Assembly (NCBI GenBank): GCA_963713615.1
Contig: CAVQMM010000001.1
Span: 2,016,001 to 2,080,000 of the forward strand
DNA length: 64,000 bases
Direction of reading: 5' to 3'
DNA from: an uncultured Chlamydiae bacterium
GTDB lineage: Bacteria; Chlamydiota; Chlamydiia; Chlamydiales; JAJFMA01
The notes beneath the pieces are model-generated. The model saw nothing but the letters and a program-made list of their open reading frames with translations, did no database searches and was not told the origin of the DNA. Positions 49,704-61,221 of this stretch are shown here, piece after piece; the stretch's first letter is position 1, and each line of letters starts with the position of its first letter. The translations under genes and the position numbers were made by a program.

Positions 49704-50324
49704 ATGTCACCAAAGCAACAATATCAGCTCCCCGAGCTGCCCTATGCCTTCGACGCTCTAGTCCCCGTCATCAGTGCGGAAATTATGGAGCTACATTACA
49801 AAAAGCACCACCAGGCCTATGTAACAAACCTTAACAAGGCACTAGAGCAATACGCCGATGCCGAAGCTAAGGGCGACATCGCCAAAATGATCGAATTGCA
49901 ACAAGCTATTCGTTTTAATGGTGGCGGTCATGTCAACCACAGCATCTTCTGGAATAACCTTGCCCCTGTGAATAGCGGCGGCGGACAGCCCCCTGAAGGC
50001 GCCTTGGCAGATGCAATCAATAAGAACTTCGGTTCCCTACAAAATCTCGTTGATCTAATGTCCGCCAGAGCTATAGCCGTCCAAGGCTCAGGTTGGGCAT
50101 GGTTAGGTTGGGATCCCGAACGCAAGCAATTGAGTATCTGTCCATGCGCCAATCAAGACCCCCTTTCCACTCATCACCGCATACCTCTATTAGGTATCGA
50201 TGTGTGGGAACATGCCTATTACCTCCAATATAAGAATGTCCGCGCCGATTATGTTAAAGCGATTTGGGGCGTTATCAACTGGAAGGATGTGGCTACACGT
50301 TTTGAAAATGCCACAAAGGCATAA
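49704..50324 (+). CDS. sodA: Superoxide dismutase (Mn/Fe family, likely Mn)
   Basis: [30 protein letters not shown]. Confidence 0.93.
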   Translation: MSPKQQYQLPELPYAFDALVPVISAEIMELHYKKHHQAYVTNLNKALEQYADAEAKGDIAKMIELQQAIRFNGGGHVNHSIFWNNLAPVNSGGGQPPEGALADAINKNFGSLQNLVDLMSARAIAVQGSGWAWLGWDPERKQLSICPCANQDPLSTHHRIPLLGIDVWEHAYYLQYKNVRADYVKAIWGVINWKDVATRFENATKA

Positions 50325-50485
50325 CTTATTACACGTTTGAGGGTCGCAGGAGATTTTCCTGCGACAAATGCAGCCAAAATGCATCAAATATCATCATAAA
50401 TCATCAAGTTGAGCAAATCAGCTTGTGAAAATTGATCGTATCCGAATACAATTGCATCAGCTTTACAGCAGAGAGAGTTGTAGTT

Positions 50486-51457
50486 ATGGGCTTATTTTCG
50501 CGTGACAAACCGAAAATCAAGGTGCAGTCGACCAAAAAGGATGGCTTTAGCGGATGGCTAAAGTGTACCCACTGCACCGAGCTGATTCATACCAATGAAC
50601 TAGCTCAAAATTATAATTGTTGTCCCAAGTGCGACTATCACTACCGTCTCACAGCGCAAGAAAGAATCAAGCTTCTGGCCGATGAAAATTCCTTTGAAGA
50701 GCAGTTTAACGAAATTGAACCTCTCGACCCCTTAAACTTCTCTGATACACAGCCTTATGTCGATCGCCTGGCAAGCGCCAAGGAGACTGCTGGTTCTAAT
50801 GAGGCTGTCGTCGTCGGCACTTGCACACTTAATGGGCATGCTATTGCCTTAGGGGTCATGAACTTCAACTATATGGCCGGGTCAATGGGCTCGGTTGTGG
50901 GTGAGCGCCTTACCCTTCTGATGGAAGAAGCCCTTCAAAAACGAATCCCCCTAATCATTGTGACCACCTCCGGCGGGGCTCGCATGCAAGAATCTATTCT
51001 TTCACTCATGCAGATGGCCAAGACCTCTGCCTGCCTCGCCAGACTTCATGAAGCCCAAATTCCCTATATTTCCGTGTTCACCAATCCTACCGCGGGAGGC
51101 ATCACGGCTTCGTTCGCTTCGCTTGGCGATATCATCATCGCTGAACCAAACGCACTTATTTGCTTCGCTGGGCCACGGGTGATTGAACAGACACTCAAGC
51201 ATAAGTTACCGCCTGATGCACAAAAGTCTGAGTTCTTGTTAAAACATGGAATGATCGACTGCATCGTCCGTCGCCCCGACCTAAAAGAAAAGCTCGGCAC
51301 ATTCCTGAATTACCTGAACCCTCGCCAGGAAGAACAGAAGACGAAGGATTCTTTAAAAGCTCCTCGTCGCGTAAACGACCAGCGCGCTCAAGAAACACCT
51401 GTCCCTCCAAGGCGCATCCGAGAAAAGACTCCAGTCGAAACTGTAGAATCACGGTAA
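50486..51457 (+). CDS. accD: Acetyl-CoA carboxylase carboxyltransferase beta
   Basis: Zinc finger WLKCTHC...[31 protein letters not shown]. Confidence 0.97.
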   Translation: MGLFSRDKPKIKVQSTKKDGFSGWLKCTHCTELIHTNELAQNYNCCPKCDYHYRLTAQERIKLLADENSFEEQFNEIEPLDPLNFSDTQPYVDRLASAKETAGSNEAVVVGTCTLNGHAIALGVMNFNYMAGSMGSVVGERLTLLMEEALQKRIPLIIVTTSGGARMQESILSLMQMAKTSACLARLHEAQIPYISVFTNPTAGGITASFASLGDIIIAEPNALICFAGPRVIEQTLKHKLPPDAQKSEFLLKHGMIDCIVRRPDLKEKLGTFLNYLNPRQEEQKTKDSLKAPRRVNDQRAQETPVPPRRIREKTPVETVESR

Positions 51458-51462
51458 AACAA

Positions 51463-51918
51463 ATGAATACTGACATCCAACAGATTGATATCGAAGTCCT
51501 CGCCCAGGTAGGCGCGCAATTCCCCACCTATGGGTCGCCACTTGCCGCTGGCGCTGACATCCGCGCTCACCTCCCCGAGCCTCTTATTATTCCAGCTGGC
51601 AAAAGCGCATTGATTCCCACCGGTCTGCGTATGGCCATACCGGAAGGATATGAACTACAAATTCGTCCGCGAAGCGGTCTAGCCCTTAAAGACCAAATCA
51701 CCGTTTTGAATACGCCCGGAACCATCGATAGTGACTACCGTGGTGAAATCGGCGTTATTCTCATCAACCATGGATCGCAAGACTTCGTGGTCACTCCCGG
51801 AATGCGTATCGCTCAAGTAGTGGTCGCACCGATTTGCCAGGCTCGTTTTGTAGAGGCCGTCCAGCTCGATACCACTCACCGTGGTGAAGGCGGGTTCGGC
51901 CACACTGGTAGACACTAG
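51463..51918 (+). CDS. dut: dUTPase
   Basis: [36 protein letters not shown]. Confidence 0.97.
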   Translation: MNTDIQQIDIEVLAQVGAQFPTYGSPLAAGADIRAHLPEPLIIPAGKSALIPTGLRMAIPEGYELQIRPRSGLALKDQITVLNTPGTIDSDYRGEIGVILINHGSQDFVVTPGMRIAQVVVAPICQARFVEAVQLDTTHRGEGGFGHTGRH

Positions 51919-51959
51919 ACACTGATCCCTTGATGGTCCAATTAGTGTGATTAGCTAAT

Positions 51960-52412
51960 ATGATTGATATTTCCAAATATTTGGAACCAGGCCTGGTCTG
52001 CTTTCTTGATGTCAACTCACGCGACGAAGCGCTCAATGCCATGGTTGACCTTGTCCAAGCCAGAGGCAAGATTGATAACAAAGAAGCTTTCTACAAGGCT
52101 ATCATCAACCGTGAAGAGATCGTCACCACCGGCATCGGCATGGGGGTTGCCATTCCTCACGCCAAAATGCCTTCCTATGACCAATTTTTCATTGCTGTGG
52201 CCATACTCAAGAAAGGTGTCGACTGGAAAGCACTAGATAGCGCTCCAGTCCGTCTTATCTTTATGATTGGTGGGCCAGACGACAAACAATCTGAATACCT
52301 ACAAATTCTATCAAGTTTGACGGCTGCGTTACGCGACGAAGAGCGTCGCAAGAAGATTTTGACAGTGGACAGCCCCCAGGCGGTGCTAGACCTACTCATT
52401 AAGCATTCCTAG
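51960..52412 (+). CDS. ptsN: PTS EIIA (Ntr/Fru-type)
   Basis: TTGIGMGVAIPH phospho-His motif. Confidence 0.9.
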   Translation: MIDISKYLEPGLVCFLDVNSRDEALNAMVDLVQARGKIDNKEAFYKAIINREEIVTTGIGMGVAIPHAKMPSYDQFFIAVAILKKGVDWKALDSAPVRLIFMIGGPDDKQSEYLQILSSLTAALRDEERRKKILTVDSPQAVLDLLIKHS

Positions 52413-52428
52413 TGAATCGAGGATAATC

Positions 52429-53148
52429 ATGGATCTGAAGCTGAAAGATGTCGCTGAATTGCTAAATGTCTCAAAGACAACTATCCGTCGCTGGCTCTCC
52501 GACGGTAAAATGCCTGCGTATCGCATCAACAATCAATACCGGTTTAACCGAGGCGAAATTGAAGACTGGGTCATGCGGCACCGCGTCGATGCTTCCCCTG
52601 AAGAAACACAATCACCCGAGTCTTTGGATGTCGAAGATGGTGATGATGAGGCTGTTGGCAAGGGTGGACACAAACAATTCAGCTTATACCGCGCCATCAA
52701 TAAGGGCGGGGTGCTTTATCAGGTTCCTGGTAACACCAAGGAACAGATCATTCGACATGCCATGGCCATTACTGCCAATTCACTGAATCTTGATGGTGAG
52801 GTTTTGACCGATCTACTACTCGACCGCGAAAAGATGATGCCTACGGCTCTCGGAAGTGGGATTGGAGTTCCTCATACTCGCGATTTTCTTCTCAATGGCC
52901 AGCAAGATGCTGTCATCGTAGCCTTCCCTGAAAAGCCCATTAACTATGGCGCCCTGGATGGCAAGCCAGTACATACGCTGTTTTTCTTGTTTGCCTGTGA
53001 CGACAAACGTCATCTGCATCTCCTAGCTAAAATAGCACACCTTAGCAGCCAACCGGAAACTCTCGAACTGCTGAAGTCTCGTCCGCCCAGAGGCGTATTG
53101 CTCGAATACGTCAAAAATTGGGAATCCCAAGTTCCACAGCCACGCTAA
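52429..53148 (+). CDS. ptsN: HTH(excisionase-like)-PTS EIIA fusion
   Basis: KDVAELLNVSKTTIRRW HTH; PTALGSGIGVPH. Confidence 0.88.
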   Translation: MDLKLKDVAELLNVSKTTIRRWLSDGKMPAYRINNQYRFNRGEIEDWVMRHRVDASPEETQSPESLDVEDGDDEAVGKGGHKQFSLYRAINKGGVLYQVPGNTKEQIIRHAMAITANSLNLDGEVLTDLLLDREKMMPTALGSGIGVPHTRDFLLNGQQDAVIVAFPEKPINYGALDGKPVHTLFFLFACDDKRHLHLLAKIAHLSSQPETLELLKSRPPRGVLLEYVKNWESQVPQPR

Positions 53149-53272
53149 GGACTGGCTGAGGTAAACGCAGAAGTCCGGTCAGAGGAAAGGACCCCTAGGA
53201 CGATGACGACAATAAGGACTCTAATGACCAAAAACTTAAGATCCAACCTTAGAATTCAACACATCATCACTG

Positions 53273-53613
53273 TTGCACATTTTTTGGATACGCAAATTCC
53301 CTAAAGCGCACCGCTGCGCGGTGCAGGAACATTTTGTGCGATACCAGGGGTGCTAGCGCTTCGCGCTTGAGCACCCCTGGCTACCTGACGGTGACCACTT
53401 CGTGGTTGAGGATGATCATGTGGCTAGGCAACAATGCACCGGAGGTGACTAGCGCTTGGTGGCTTTAGGATTAATTACCACACGATGACATTATTACCAC
53501 GAAGTGGTGACCGGCAGGTAGCCAGGGGTGCTCAAGCGCGAAGCGCTAGCACCCCTGGTATTACGCGACATGTCCCTGCACCGCAAACGCGGTGCGCTTT
53601 ATGGGATTTTGCG
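53273..53613. repeat. REPIN-like element family F, copy 1
   Basis: Perfect 47-bp inverted arms 53341-53387/53515-53561 inside longer imperfect arms; first ~145 bp directly repeated at 54417-54562. Confidence 0.85.
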
Positions 53614-53689
53614 TCAATCAATTGATATTCATAACACAAAGTTAAGATCTGAACATGCCATTTACTTCTCAACAAAAGTAACCAAGTAA

Positions 53690-53718
53690 TTGACTAACAG
53701 CACATAAAACATCATAAT
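53690..53718 (+). promoter_or_regulatory. Sigma66/70-type promoter
   Basis: TTGACT-N17-CATAAT upstream of 53797 (AAGGA RBS). Confidence 0.55.
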
Positions 53719-53796
53719 TCATAATGTCATTTAATAAACAATAAACTCGAATATTAATGGCGAAATTTTTAACTTAAATACAACAAGGAAAATAAA

Positions 53797-54406
53797 ATGA
53801 ACATAGGCAACTGTTCATCAGCTGTTTACCCGGCTGTTGGGGAACTTCTTAACACAAGCACATGCTGGGTTAGCGACAGCTTGAATCAAGGAATAACAAT
53901 CGCTCAACCTGTTCTAGAGATAGCAAAAGAGACGATTGGTGATCTTGGACACTACCTTAAAGGCGTAGCTGAATACCTTCCAAGCGCTAGTCAAGCTCTC
54001 GCGCACACATTAACTCACCTTCAGATGGATTGGTCGCTGTATACCTCAGCCTCTAGTCGCCAATACGATCTTTTCTGCTATCCTAATTTCTCGAACGATG
54101 ACAAATTCCATTATGAGCCCACACGCTGGACGAGCTTGTAGGATTAGAGGTGCAGCAGGAATCTATCTTAGCTTAGTACTTCTGGCAGCCCCTTCTTTTT
54201 TTAGTGGGTGGCTAGAAAAGCTCGTTCTAGTGGGTTTCACCGCATGTTGCATCGGAAACGCGGCATTAGCTCTCTCCGTCATCGCAAAAAAAATACACGC
54301 ACTAGCTGTGCCAGATGCGCCCGTAAACGTCGCGCCTAATGAGGCTCCTCTTGCTGCTCCAGTGGGACAAGTTTTACCAGATAACCAACCGCCGGCTGCA
54401 GCCTAG
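53797..54406 (+). pseudogene. Frameshifted membrane protein gene (Inc-like hydrophobic hairpin)
   Basis: The frame of ORF 54098-54406 is open back to 54014 (LTFRWIGRCIPQPLVANTIFSAILISRTMTN...), so one indel near or after 54010 would join the two ORFs. Confidence 0.5.
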
Positions 54407-54416
54407 TTGCTGGACT

Positions 54417-54651
54417 TTGCACATTTTTGGATACGCAAATCCTCTAAAAACGCACCGCTGCGCGGTGCAGGAACATTTTGTGCAATACCAGGGGTGCTAG
54501 CGCTTCGCGCTTGAGCACCCCTGGCTACCTGTCGGTAACCACTTCGTGGTTGAGGATGATCACAAACATTGTTACTGCGAAGCGGTTGCAACCCCTGGTA
54601 TTGCACAAAATGTTCCTGCACCGCAAAGCGGTGCGCTTCAGGGAATTTGCG
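54417..54651. repeat. REPIN-like element family F, copy 2 (abuts the clpC stop)
   Basis: CGCAAAT..CGCACCGC..GCGGTGCAGGAACATTTTGTGCAATACCAGGGGT and its inverse CCCCTGGTATTGCACAAAATGTTCCTGCACCGC. Confidence 0.85.
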
Positions 54652-54654
54652 ACG

Positions 54655-57226
54655 CTACTTCGCGGTTTTGGCCGGTTCCTTTTCCTTATCCTTATTCCTG
54701 TCCCTGCCCTGAGGGTCCGAGTGGTTCACCGCGAAGACTTCCTTGTCCTTAAAGACAAGTTTGTCGTCCTCGACAGTCACCAACACGCGACGGCCCTCCT
54801 CGGGGTGAAGCAAGAGCTTCTCGGCCAAAGGATCCTCCAAGTACTGTTCAATCAGGCGGCGAAGTGGCCTTGCGCCCATCTCTGGCTGGAAGCCCTTCTC
54901 GACCAGATGCTTCTTGGCTTTGTCATCCAGAACCATGTAGATTTCTTTCCGCTGCAAGCGGTCCGAGACTTTCTTAACTTCAAGCTCAATGACTTTTAAG
55001 AGACTTTCCTTGTTCAATGGACGGAAAATCACCACATCATCAACACGGTTTAAGAATTCCGGCTTGAACTGCTTTTTCACAGCCTCAAGGATTTTTTCCT
55101 TGATTGTGTCATAATCCGGCGCGCCTTCCTGCACACCAAAACCCACCGTCGTCCCCTTACGGATCAGGTCCGCCCCAAGGTTCGAGGTCATAATGACAAT
55201 AGCATTGCGGAAGTCGACGCGTCGTCCAAACGAATCCGTCAGGCGCCCTTCTTCCAGGATCTGCAATAGCAAGTCCATGACGTCAGGGTGAGCCTTCTCA
55301 ATCTCGTCAAACAGGACCACAGAATAGGGCCGCTGACGCACCTGTTCGGTGAGCTGTCCGCCTTCTTCATGTCCGACATATCCTGGAGGCGATCCCGTCA
55401 TACGGCTGACGGCAAACTTCTCCATATATTCGGACATATCGACTTGGATAAGGGCCTCTTCGCCACCAAACATATGGATAGCGAGTAGACGCGCCAGGAG
55501 GGTCTTACCGACCCCTGTAGGACCCATAAAGAGAAAGGCGCCGATAGGTCTGTTGGGATCCTTGATATCAGCTCGGCTGCGACGAATGGAGCGGCACACG
55601 GTGCTGAGGGCTTCCTCTTGGCCGATGATCTGCTTGCCGAGATCCTCTTCCATTTTGAGGACTTTCTGCGTCTCACCCTGCAGTAAGCCGTGTCAGTGGC
55701 ACACCGGTCATCTTGGCAACGATGTTGGCGACATCTTCGTCTTCAACGATAACTTCATTCTCGGCCTTATTGATCTCCCATTCGGTACGGCTCTGCTGAA
55801 GCCGCTCGCGCAGTTGCTTTTCCTTGTCGCGCAGCTTGGCGGCTTTTTCGTATTCCTGACGTCCAATGGCCTCTTCTTTAGCGATGCGAGTCTCTTCGAC
55901 TTCGCTTTCATACTTACCGATGTCTTGCGGTTGGCTCATCATAGAAATCCGCATCTTGGCGCCGGCTTCATCGATGAGGTCAATCGCCTTATCAGGCAGG
56001 AAACGACCATGGACATAGCGGTCGGATAAACGTGCCGCGGCTTCTAGAGCCTGAGGCGTGTAAATGCACTTATGGTGCTCTTCATACTTAGATTTGAGGC
56101 CATTAAGAATTTCGATGGTCTCATCAACAGAGGGAGGAGCCACCAAAATCTTCTGGAAGCGACGCTCGAGGGCTGCATCTTTCTCAATATGTTTGCGGTA
56201 TTCGTCGACAGTCGTCGCACCAATACACTGAATCTCACCACGAGAAAGCGCTGGCTTCAGGATGTTGGAGGCATCGATAGCCCCCTCAGCAGCCCCAGCA
56301 CCAACAATTGTGTGCAACTCGTCGATGAACAGCAAGATCTGGCCGTTCTTCTTGATCTCGTCCATGACGGCTTTGATGCGCTCTTCAAACTGACCGCGGT
56401 ACTTAGTCCCTGCGATCATCAAGGCAAGATCAAGATTGATCAGTTTCTTCTTGCGCAAATTATCGGGAACATCACCGCGGACAATAGCCTGTGCGAGACC
56501 TTCGACGATTGCTGTCTTACCTACACCGGCCTCACCGACCAACACCGGGTTATTTTTGCGTCGTCGACATAGGATGAGGATCAGGCGTTCCACCTCTTCC
56601 TTCCGGCCGATGACGGGGTCCATCTTGCCTTCACGGCATAACTCGGTGAGATCGAGGCCATATGCTCGCAGAGCAGGCATCTTATCAGCACCGCCGCCAG
56701 AATTGGCTTTTTCATAGCTCTTACCCTGTGAACCTCCACCTGCCGGTGCCGTACCACTGCTAGCAGAAATCGGCGGAAGTTGCAGATTGAAGGTCTCAAG
56801 TTCCTTGAGAACCTCTTTACGCACTTCTTTAAGGTTAACATTTAGGTTCTCGAGTACCTGAGCAGCAACACCATCAGTCTGACGCAAAAGGCCTAGCAGA
56901 AGGTGTTCAGTTCCTACATAGTTGTGGTTAAGACTGGCCGCCTCTTCGTTGGCATATTCGAAAACCTTCTTAACCTTGCCCGTCAAGGCAGGATCGCCAT
57001 AAACTTGTATCTCGGGGCCATAACCCACGAGTTTTTCAACTTCGGAACGCACCGTCTCGAAGTCAATATTGAGATTGCGCAGCACATTAACCGCAACACC
57101 CTGGCCAAGTTTCAATAGGCCGAGGAGGACGTGTTCCGTCCCCAAGTAGTTGTGATTAAGTCTTTGAGCTTCCTTTTTGGCTAGCTTAATGACTTGCTTT
57201 GCGCGATTGGTAAATTTGTCAAACAT
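54655..57226 (-). CDS. clpC: ATP-dependent Clp protease ATPase ClpC, split by a +1 frameshift at ~55680
   Basis: Clp N-domain, [11 protein letters not shown] domain and GPTGVGKT lie in two ORFs; deleting G55680 restores ...[16 protein letters not shown]... Confidence 0.93.
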
Positions 57227-57356
57227 CGGCTCACCCGCCTACTAAAGATGAAATGTATGAGCTTCTAGTTATGTATACCTCAGTATGCCAGATGGTAGGG
57301 AGCCCTCTCATTTATTTCAATTTCGAGGAGGGCAAAGAGCAAACAAAATAGCAACA

Positions 57357-58715
57357 TCAGGCAAATACTGGTTTCGCAGCCCCAATTTTGGAGGCTACAA
57401 TACGCGCGCGCTCAATGCAATCATTAACCGAGACTCCATTAAAACTGCTGCCTATAAGAGTCAGTTGGGGAAATAAATGCATCATGCGCCGCTGAATTTC
57501 TTCCATGCAACATCCGTGCCCCAAATAATATTGGGGTATTGCCCGCCGGGCGATCTTTATCGCGATGCTATCGGGAGTACGCTTCTTACCCAGGTGCCGC
57601 CCTACAGCCTCAAGGGCAATGGCGCCAAAGTCTTCGCTGACATATGAATCAAAATTGGGCATTCGCTCACCCCCAATCATGCATGTAAGACGCGTTTCAA
57701 CATCGAAGCTGTTTTGCTGAGGAAATACCGACGAGTCCCATACCATTCCCAAAACTCTCTCGCCTTCCCTTGAAGGAATCAAATAGCCAAAGCCCTCTTG
57801 GTCCAACATGTTTGCGCGATATCCCAAAGCAACTACAGCTACCGAAGTACTATGGATGCTTTGCAATAATCGAGCCAACTCATGATCGTGATGAACAATC
57901 AGTGTAGCCAACGCCGCAGTAGGCAACGCGGAGATAACCTGGTCGGCCTGGAAAACTTCGCCTTGTTGCGTCACAACACTGAGCCCTCCAAGGGTTCTTT
58001 CAATCGCTACCACTGGGCTATTCATCCGAATACAAGAGCCTAGCCGTGTGGCAAGAGCATCGACAAGCTGTTGCATCCCCCGCCGCAGAGAGATAATCCC
58101 TTGCCTGGAAGCCTTAGCCTGCTTAGAACGCTGAGCGAACAGACCTCTCAGGATGGAGCCTGAATCGCGCTCCCACTGATGCAGGAAGGGAAAACAGGAT
58201 TTAACCGACAAACGCGTCGAATCTCCCGCATAAATGCCTGCTACTAACGAATCGGCAAAGGTGTTCGCGGCATGCCCGCCAAACCGACGTTTGATGAAAT
58301 CGTGCACAGACTCATCAGCGTGGCCGCATGGGCCTATGCTCCACTCACGCAACAGCGGCCAAAGTAAGGGGCGCGTCAACGGTGAAGTTAAAAAGGACAT
58401 CGGTCCCGAAGGGATAGACTGAAGGCGTCTTTGGGTATAGAGAAATCGCTTGCGAACAGCAGGAGCGGCTGAGATGACTTCTCCCTCGAGACCAAGCTGC
58501 TCGATGAGATTCAATGTCTCCACACCATTACCTGATGTGCGGCAACTGCGTGGCCCCAAATCAAATAAAAATCCGTCTTGATGGATCGTCTCGATCCAGC
58601 CCCCTACGCGAGAAGAGGATTCCAATAGCGTAACATCCTGTCCTTGAAGCTTGAGAAACCATGCTGCGGCTAGACCTGCGATGCCGCCGCCTAGAATCAC
58701 AACCTTGTTACTCAT
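57357..58715 (-). CDS. hemY: Protoporphyrinogen/coproporphyrinogen oxidase (HemY family)
   Basis: GGGIAGL FAD motif, RVGGWI, GIYAGD, GFGYLIP, AIPQY, GVSVNDC. Confidence 0.92.
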   Translation of the reverse strand: MSNKVVILGGGIAGLAAAWFLKLQGQDVTLLESSSRVGGWIETIHQDGFLFDLGPRSCRTSGNGVETLNLIEQLGLEGEVISAAPAVRKRFLYTQRRLQSIPSGPMSFLTSPLTRPLLWPLLREWSIGPCGHADESVHDFIKRRFGGHAANTFADSLVAGIYAGDSTRLSVKSCFPFLHQWERDSGSILRGLFAQRSKQAKASRQGIISLRRGMQQLVDALATRLGSCIRMNSPVVAIERTLGGLSVVTQQGEVFQADQVISALPTAALATLIVHHDHELARLLQSIHSTSVAVVALGYRANMLDQEGFGYLIPSREGERVLGMVWDSSVFPQQNSFDVETRLTCMIGGERMPNFDSYVSEDFGAIALEAVGRHLGKKRTPDSIAIKIARRAIPQYYLGHGCCMEEIQRRMMHLFPQLTLIGSSFNGVSVNDCIERARIVASKIGAAKPVFA

Positions 58716-58716
58716 C

Positions 58717-60111
58717 TTATACCCCCTTGGAAAATCGACCTACGCCACCTTTTCGCTGGAGATACCAGTCAAAAATCGCCGCTACATTACGAATAAAAAG
58801 TCTTCCGGTAGCCGTCGCAACTAACTTATGGCCATCGTCATACAGAAGCCCATCGTTAACTGCTTCGTCTATTGCCGGCTTTTCCTCCGCAAAATAACGG
58901 GGAAATGGAACGCCATAGAGTCGCTCAAACAACCCCTTGTCCAATTCAAACTGACACATCAACTGATTGATCACCCAGCGTCGTACACGATCCGCCTCAG
59001 ACAATACTTTACCACGATGGACCGGCAATTGGCCATCATCCAATGCATGGTAATACGCATCGAGTTCCTTAAGATTTTGAAAATAAGCGTCACGACAGTA
59101 TCCAATGGATGTAATCCCAAACCCAAGCATATCTTCCGCCAAATTCAGCGTGTATCCTTGGAAGTTGCGATGCAGCTTCTGCTCCAGAAAAGCGACTGAT
59201 AAAGGGTCTTGACGCAAGGCAAAGTGATCTAAGCCAAGTCCTAAATAACCCGCTGCGATCAGCTGACTGCGCGCTTGAACATAAATTTTAAACTTTTCTT
59301 CAGTTGACGGGAGGGTTTCGTCAGGGATAGCCTTTTGATGAGCCTTAAGCCATGGCACCTTAGCATAGGAGAATAGAGCAATGCGATCAGGACGCATGGC
59401 CACCAGCTTACCAATCGTATCATCGAAGGTCGTCACACTTTGAAAGGGCAACCCATAAATAAGGTCGACATTGATGCCCTTAAACCCAATCTCTCTAGCC
59501 ATCTCGTACGTATGCAAAGTCATCGCATACGACTGCCGACGTTTCACGGCCTCTTGAACTTTTGGGTCGGTATCCTGAACACCGAAGCTCACTCTGTTAA
59601 AACCTAGCTGCTGAAGAAATCGCAATTTATGGCCATTATCTTCAACAACGGTGCGCGGATCGATCTCTATGGACACCTCGGCATCCGGCGACAGATTGAA
59701 GCGTTCTCTAATACGCGAAACAATCGCCTCGATTTGTAGTGTGCCGAGCTTAGTAGGAGTCCCTCCTCCAAAATGAACTTGAGTCACCACGTGATCAGCG
59801 CGTAATTGCTGAGATACCAGGTCGACTTCCTTCAATAGATAGGAGACATAGCGTTCCTCATTTTCCGGGCGACGGTTCAGCACGACGCTACACCCGCAAA
59901 ACAAGCACATCGTCTGGCAAAAGGGGATATGAAAGTATAGGGAGAGAGGACGCACCTCTGCATTAAGAGCTGCAAGGTGATCCTGGTAGTGCGTGGAGTC
60001 CAAAGTTTCCCACTCTGGAGCTGTCGGATAGCTGGTGTAGCGTGGAACAGGTTTGTCGAAACGTTGTAAGGTTGCTACATCGATGGTCTCTGAGCCGAAA
60101 TCGGAGTTCAT
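58717..60111 (-). CDS. hemN: Oxygen-independent coproporphyrinogen III oxidase
   Basis: PRYTSYPTAP, YFHIPFCQTMCLFCGC, GGGTP, LHRNFQGY. Confidence 0.96.
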   Translation of the reverse strand: MNSDFGSETIDVATLQRFDKPVPRYTSYPTAPEWETLDSTHYQDHLAALNAEVRPLSLYFHIPFCQTMCLFCGCSVVLNRRPENEERYVSYLLKEVDLVSQQLRADHVVTQVHFGGGTPTKLGTLQIEAIVSRIRERFNLSPDAEVSIEIDPRTVVEDNGHKLRFLQQLGFNRVSFGVQDTDPKVQEAVKRRQSYAMTLHTYEMAREIGFKGINVDLIYGLPFQSVTTFDDTIGKLVAMRPDRIALFSYAKVPWLKAHQKAIPDETLPSTEEKFKIYVQARSQLIAAGYLGLGLDHFALRQDPLSVAFLEQKLHRNFQGYTLNLAEDMLGFGITSIGYCRDAYFQNLKELDAYYHALDDGQLPVHRGKVLSEADRVRRWVINQLMCQFELDKGLFERLYGVPFPRYFAEEKPAIDEAVNDGLLYDDGHKLVATATGRLFIRNVAAIFDWYLQRKGGVGRFSKGV

Positions 60112-61133
60112 ACCAGCACCTCCCGATGCTCTTGAACACATTGTACTAAAGTCTCTACAGCCTCAACGGGGGTTTGGGGAAGGACGCCATGACCTAATCC
60201 CAATATAAAAGCAGGATCTCCCTTCATGCTATTTAAAAGGATCTTGACCTCAGTCCTAATAACTTCGAGAGGCGCGAACAATAGAAATGGATCCAAGTTA
60301 CCCTGTAGAGCCACATCAGGCCCCAGCCGCTTGCGCTGCTGCGACAGGTCACTATTCCAATCGATACTAATAGCCGCTGGTGCAAGCTCAGCAAGCTGTT
60401 CAGCAAAGACTGACGAGCCGCGGCAAAATAGGATGATTGGCTTTCCACTAGCCCTTAGGGCAGTGACGATCTTGCCCAAATAGGCCAAAGAAAATTCTCG
60501 AAACTGTCGAGCAGCCAAAACATGCGCCCATGAGTCAAAAATTTGAATTGCCTGCACACCGCTGTCGATCTGAAATTGCAGCTGACGAATGCTGGCGCGG
60601 GTGATCTTTTCGAGGAGAGCGTGAAAGCTGGTGGGATCTTGGAACATCCAACGCTTGGTTAGGGCCAAGTCGCGGCTCGTGCCGCCTTCGATCAGATAGC
60701 TAGCGACGGTGAAAGGCCCTCCACAAAAACCGATGAGAGGCACATTAAGCACTTTTCGCAGTTGTTTGATTCCCTCGCCGACAAAACTCAACGCCTCGAG
60801 ATGTGCTTCTGGAAGTCCTGCTACATCTTGCGCGGTACGTACAGGCTGCTCGATGACCGGACCGCGCCCCTCTTCAAAAGCTACCTTGCGACCGAATGCC
60901 TCCAAAATGAGTAAGATGTCTGAGAATAGAATGGCGGCATCCATCCCAAACCGAGTGATAGGCATGAGGGTAACTTCAGCAATCAGGTCCGGGTCGTGGC
61001 ACATCTGCAGAAAGGAGCAACGCTGTCGAAGAGCTCGATATTCGGGAAGATAACGGCCAGCCTGACGCATTAGCCAAACCGGTGGCCTATCAAAATTTTG
61101 ACCTTGCAAGGCACGTAGAAAGCGATCGTTCAT
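60108..61133 (-). CDS. hemE: Uroporphyrinogen decarboxylase
   Basis: PVWLMRQAGRYLPEY, AAILFSDIL, QGNLDP, LGHGV. Confidence 0.97.
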   Translation of the reverse strand: MNDRFLRALQGQNFDRPPVWLMRQAGRYLPEYRALRQRCSFLQMCHDPDLIAEVTLMPITRFGMDAAILFSDILLILEAFGRKVAFEEGRGPVIEQPVRTAQDVAGLPEAHLEALSFVGEGIKQLRKVLNVPLIGFCGGPFTVASYLIEGGTSRDLALTKRWMFQDPTSFHALLEKITRASIRQLQFQIDSGVQAIQIFDSWAHVLAARQFREFSLAYLGKIVTALRASGKPIILFCRGSSVFAEQLAELAPAAISIDWNSDLSQQRKRLGPDVALQGNLDPFLLFAPLEVIRTEVKILLNSMKGDPAFILGLGHGVLPQTPVEAVETLVQCVQEHREVLV

Positions 61134-61221
61134 ACACTCCACACGACAGATGTTTTCTTGGAACTGCCCTTCAAGGTATACCACACTCGGTCATAAAGGC
61201 GAAGGTCAGTGTAGCTATTAT

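Noticed and set aside
54478..56572. Long + strand ORFs (54478-54999, 55349-56029, 56072-56572)
   Set aside because: Antisense shadows of clpC.
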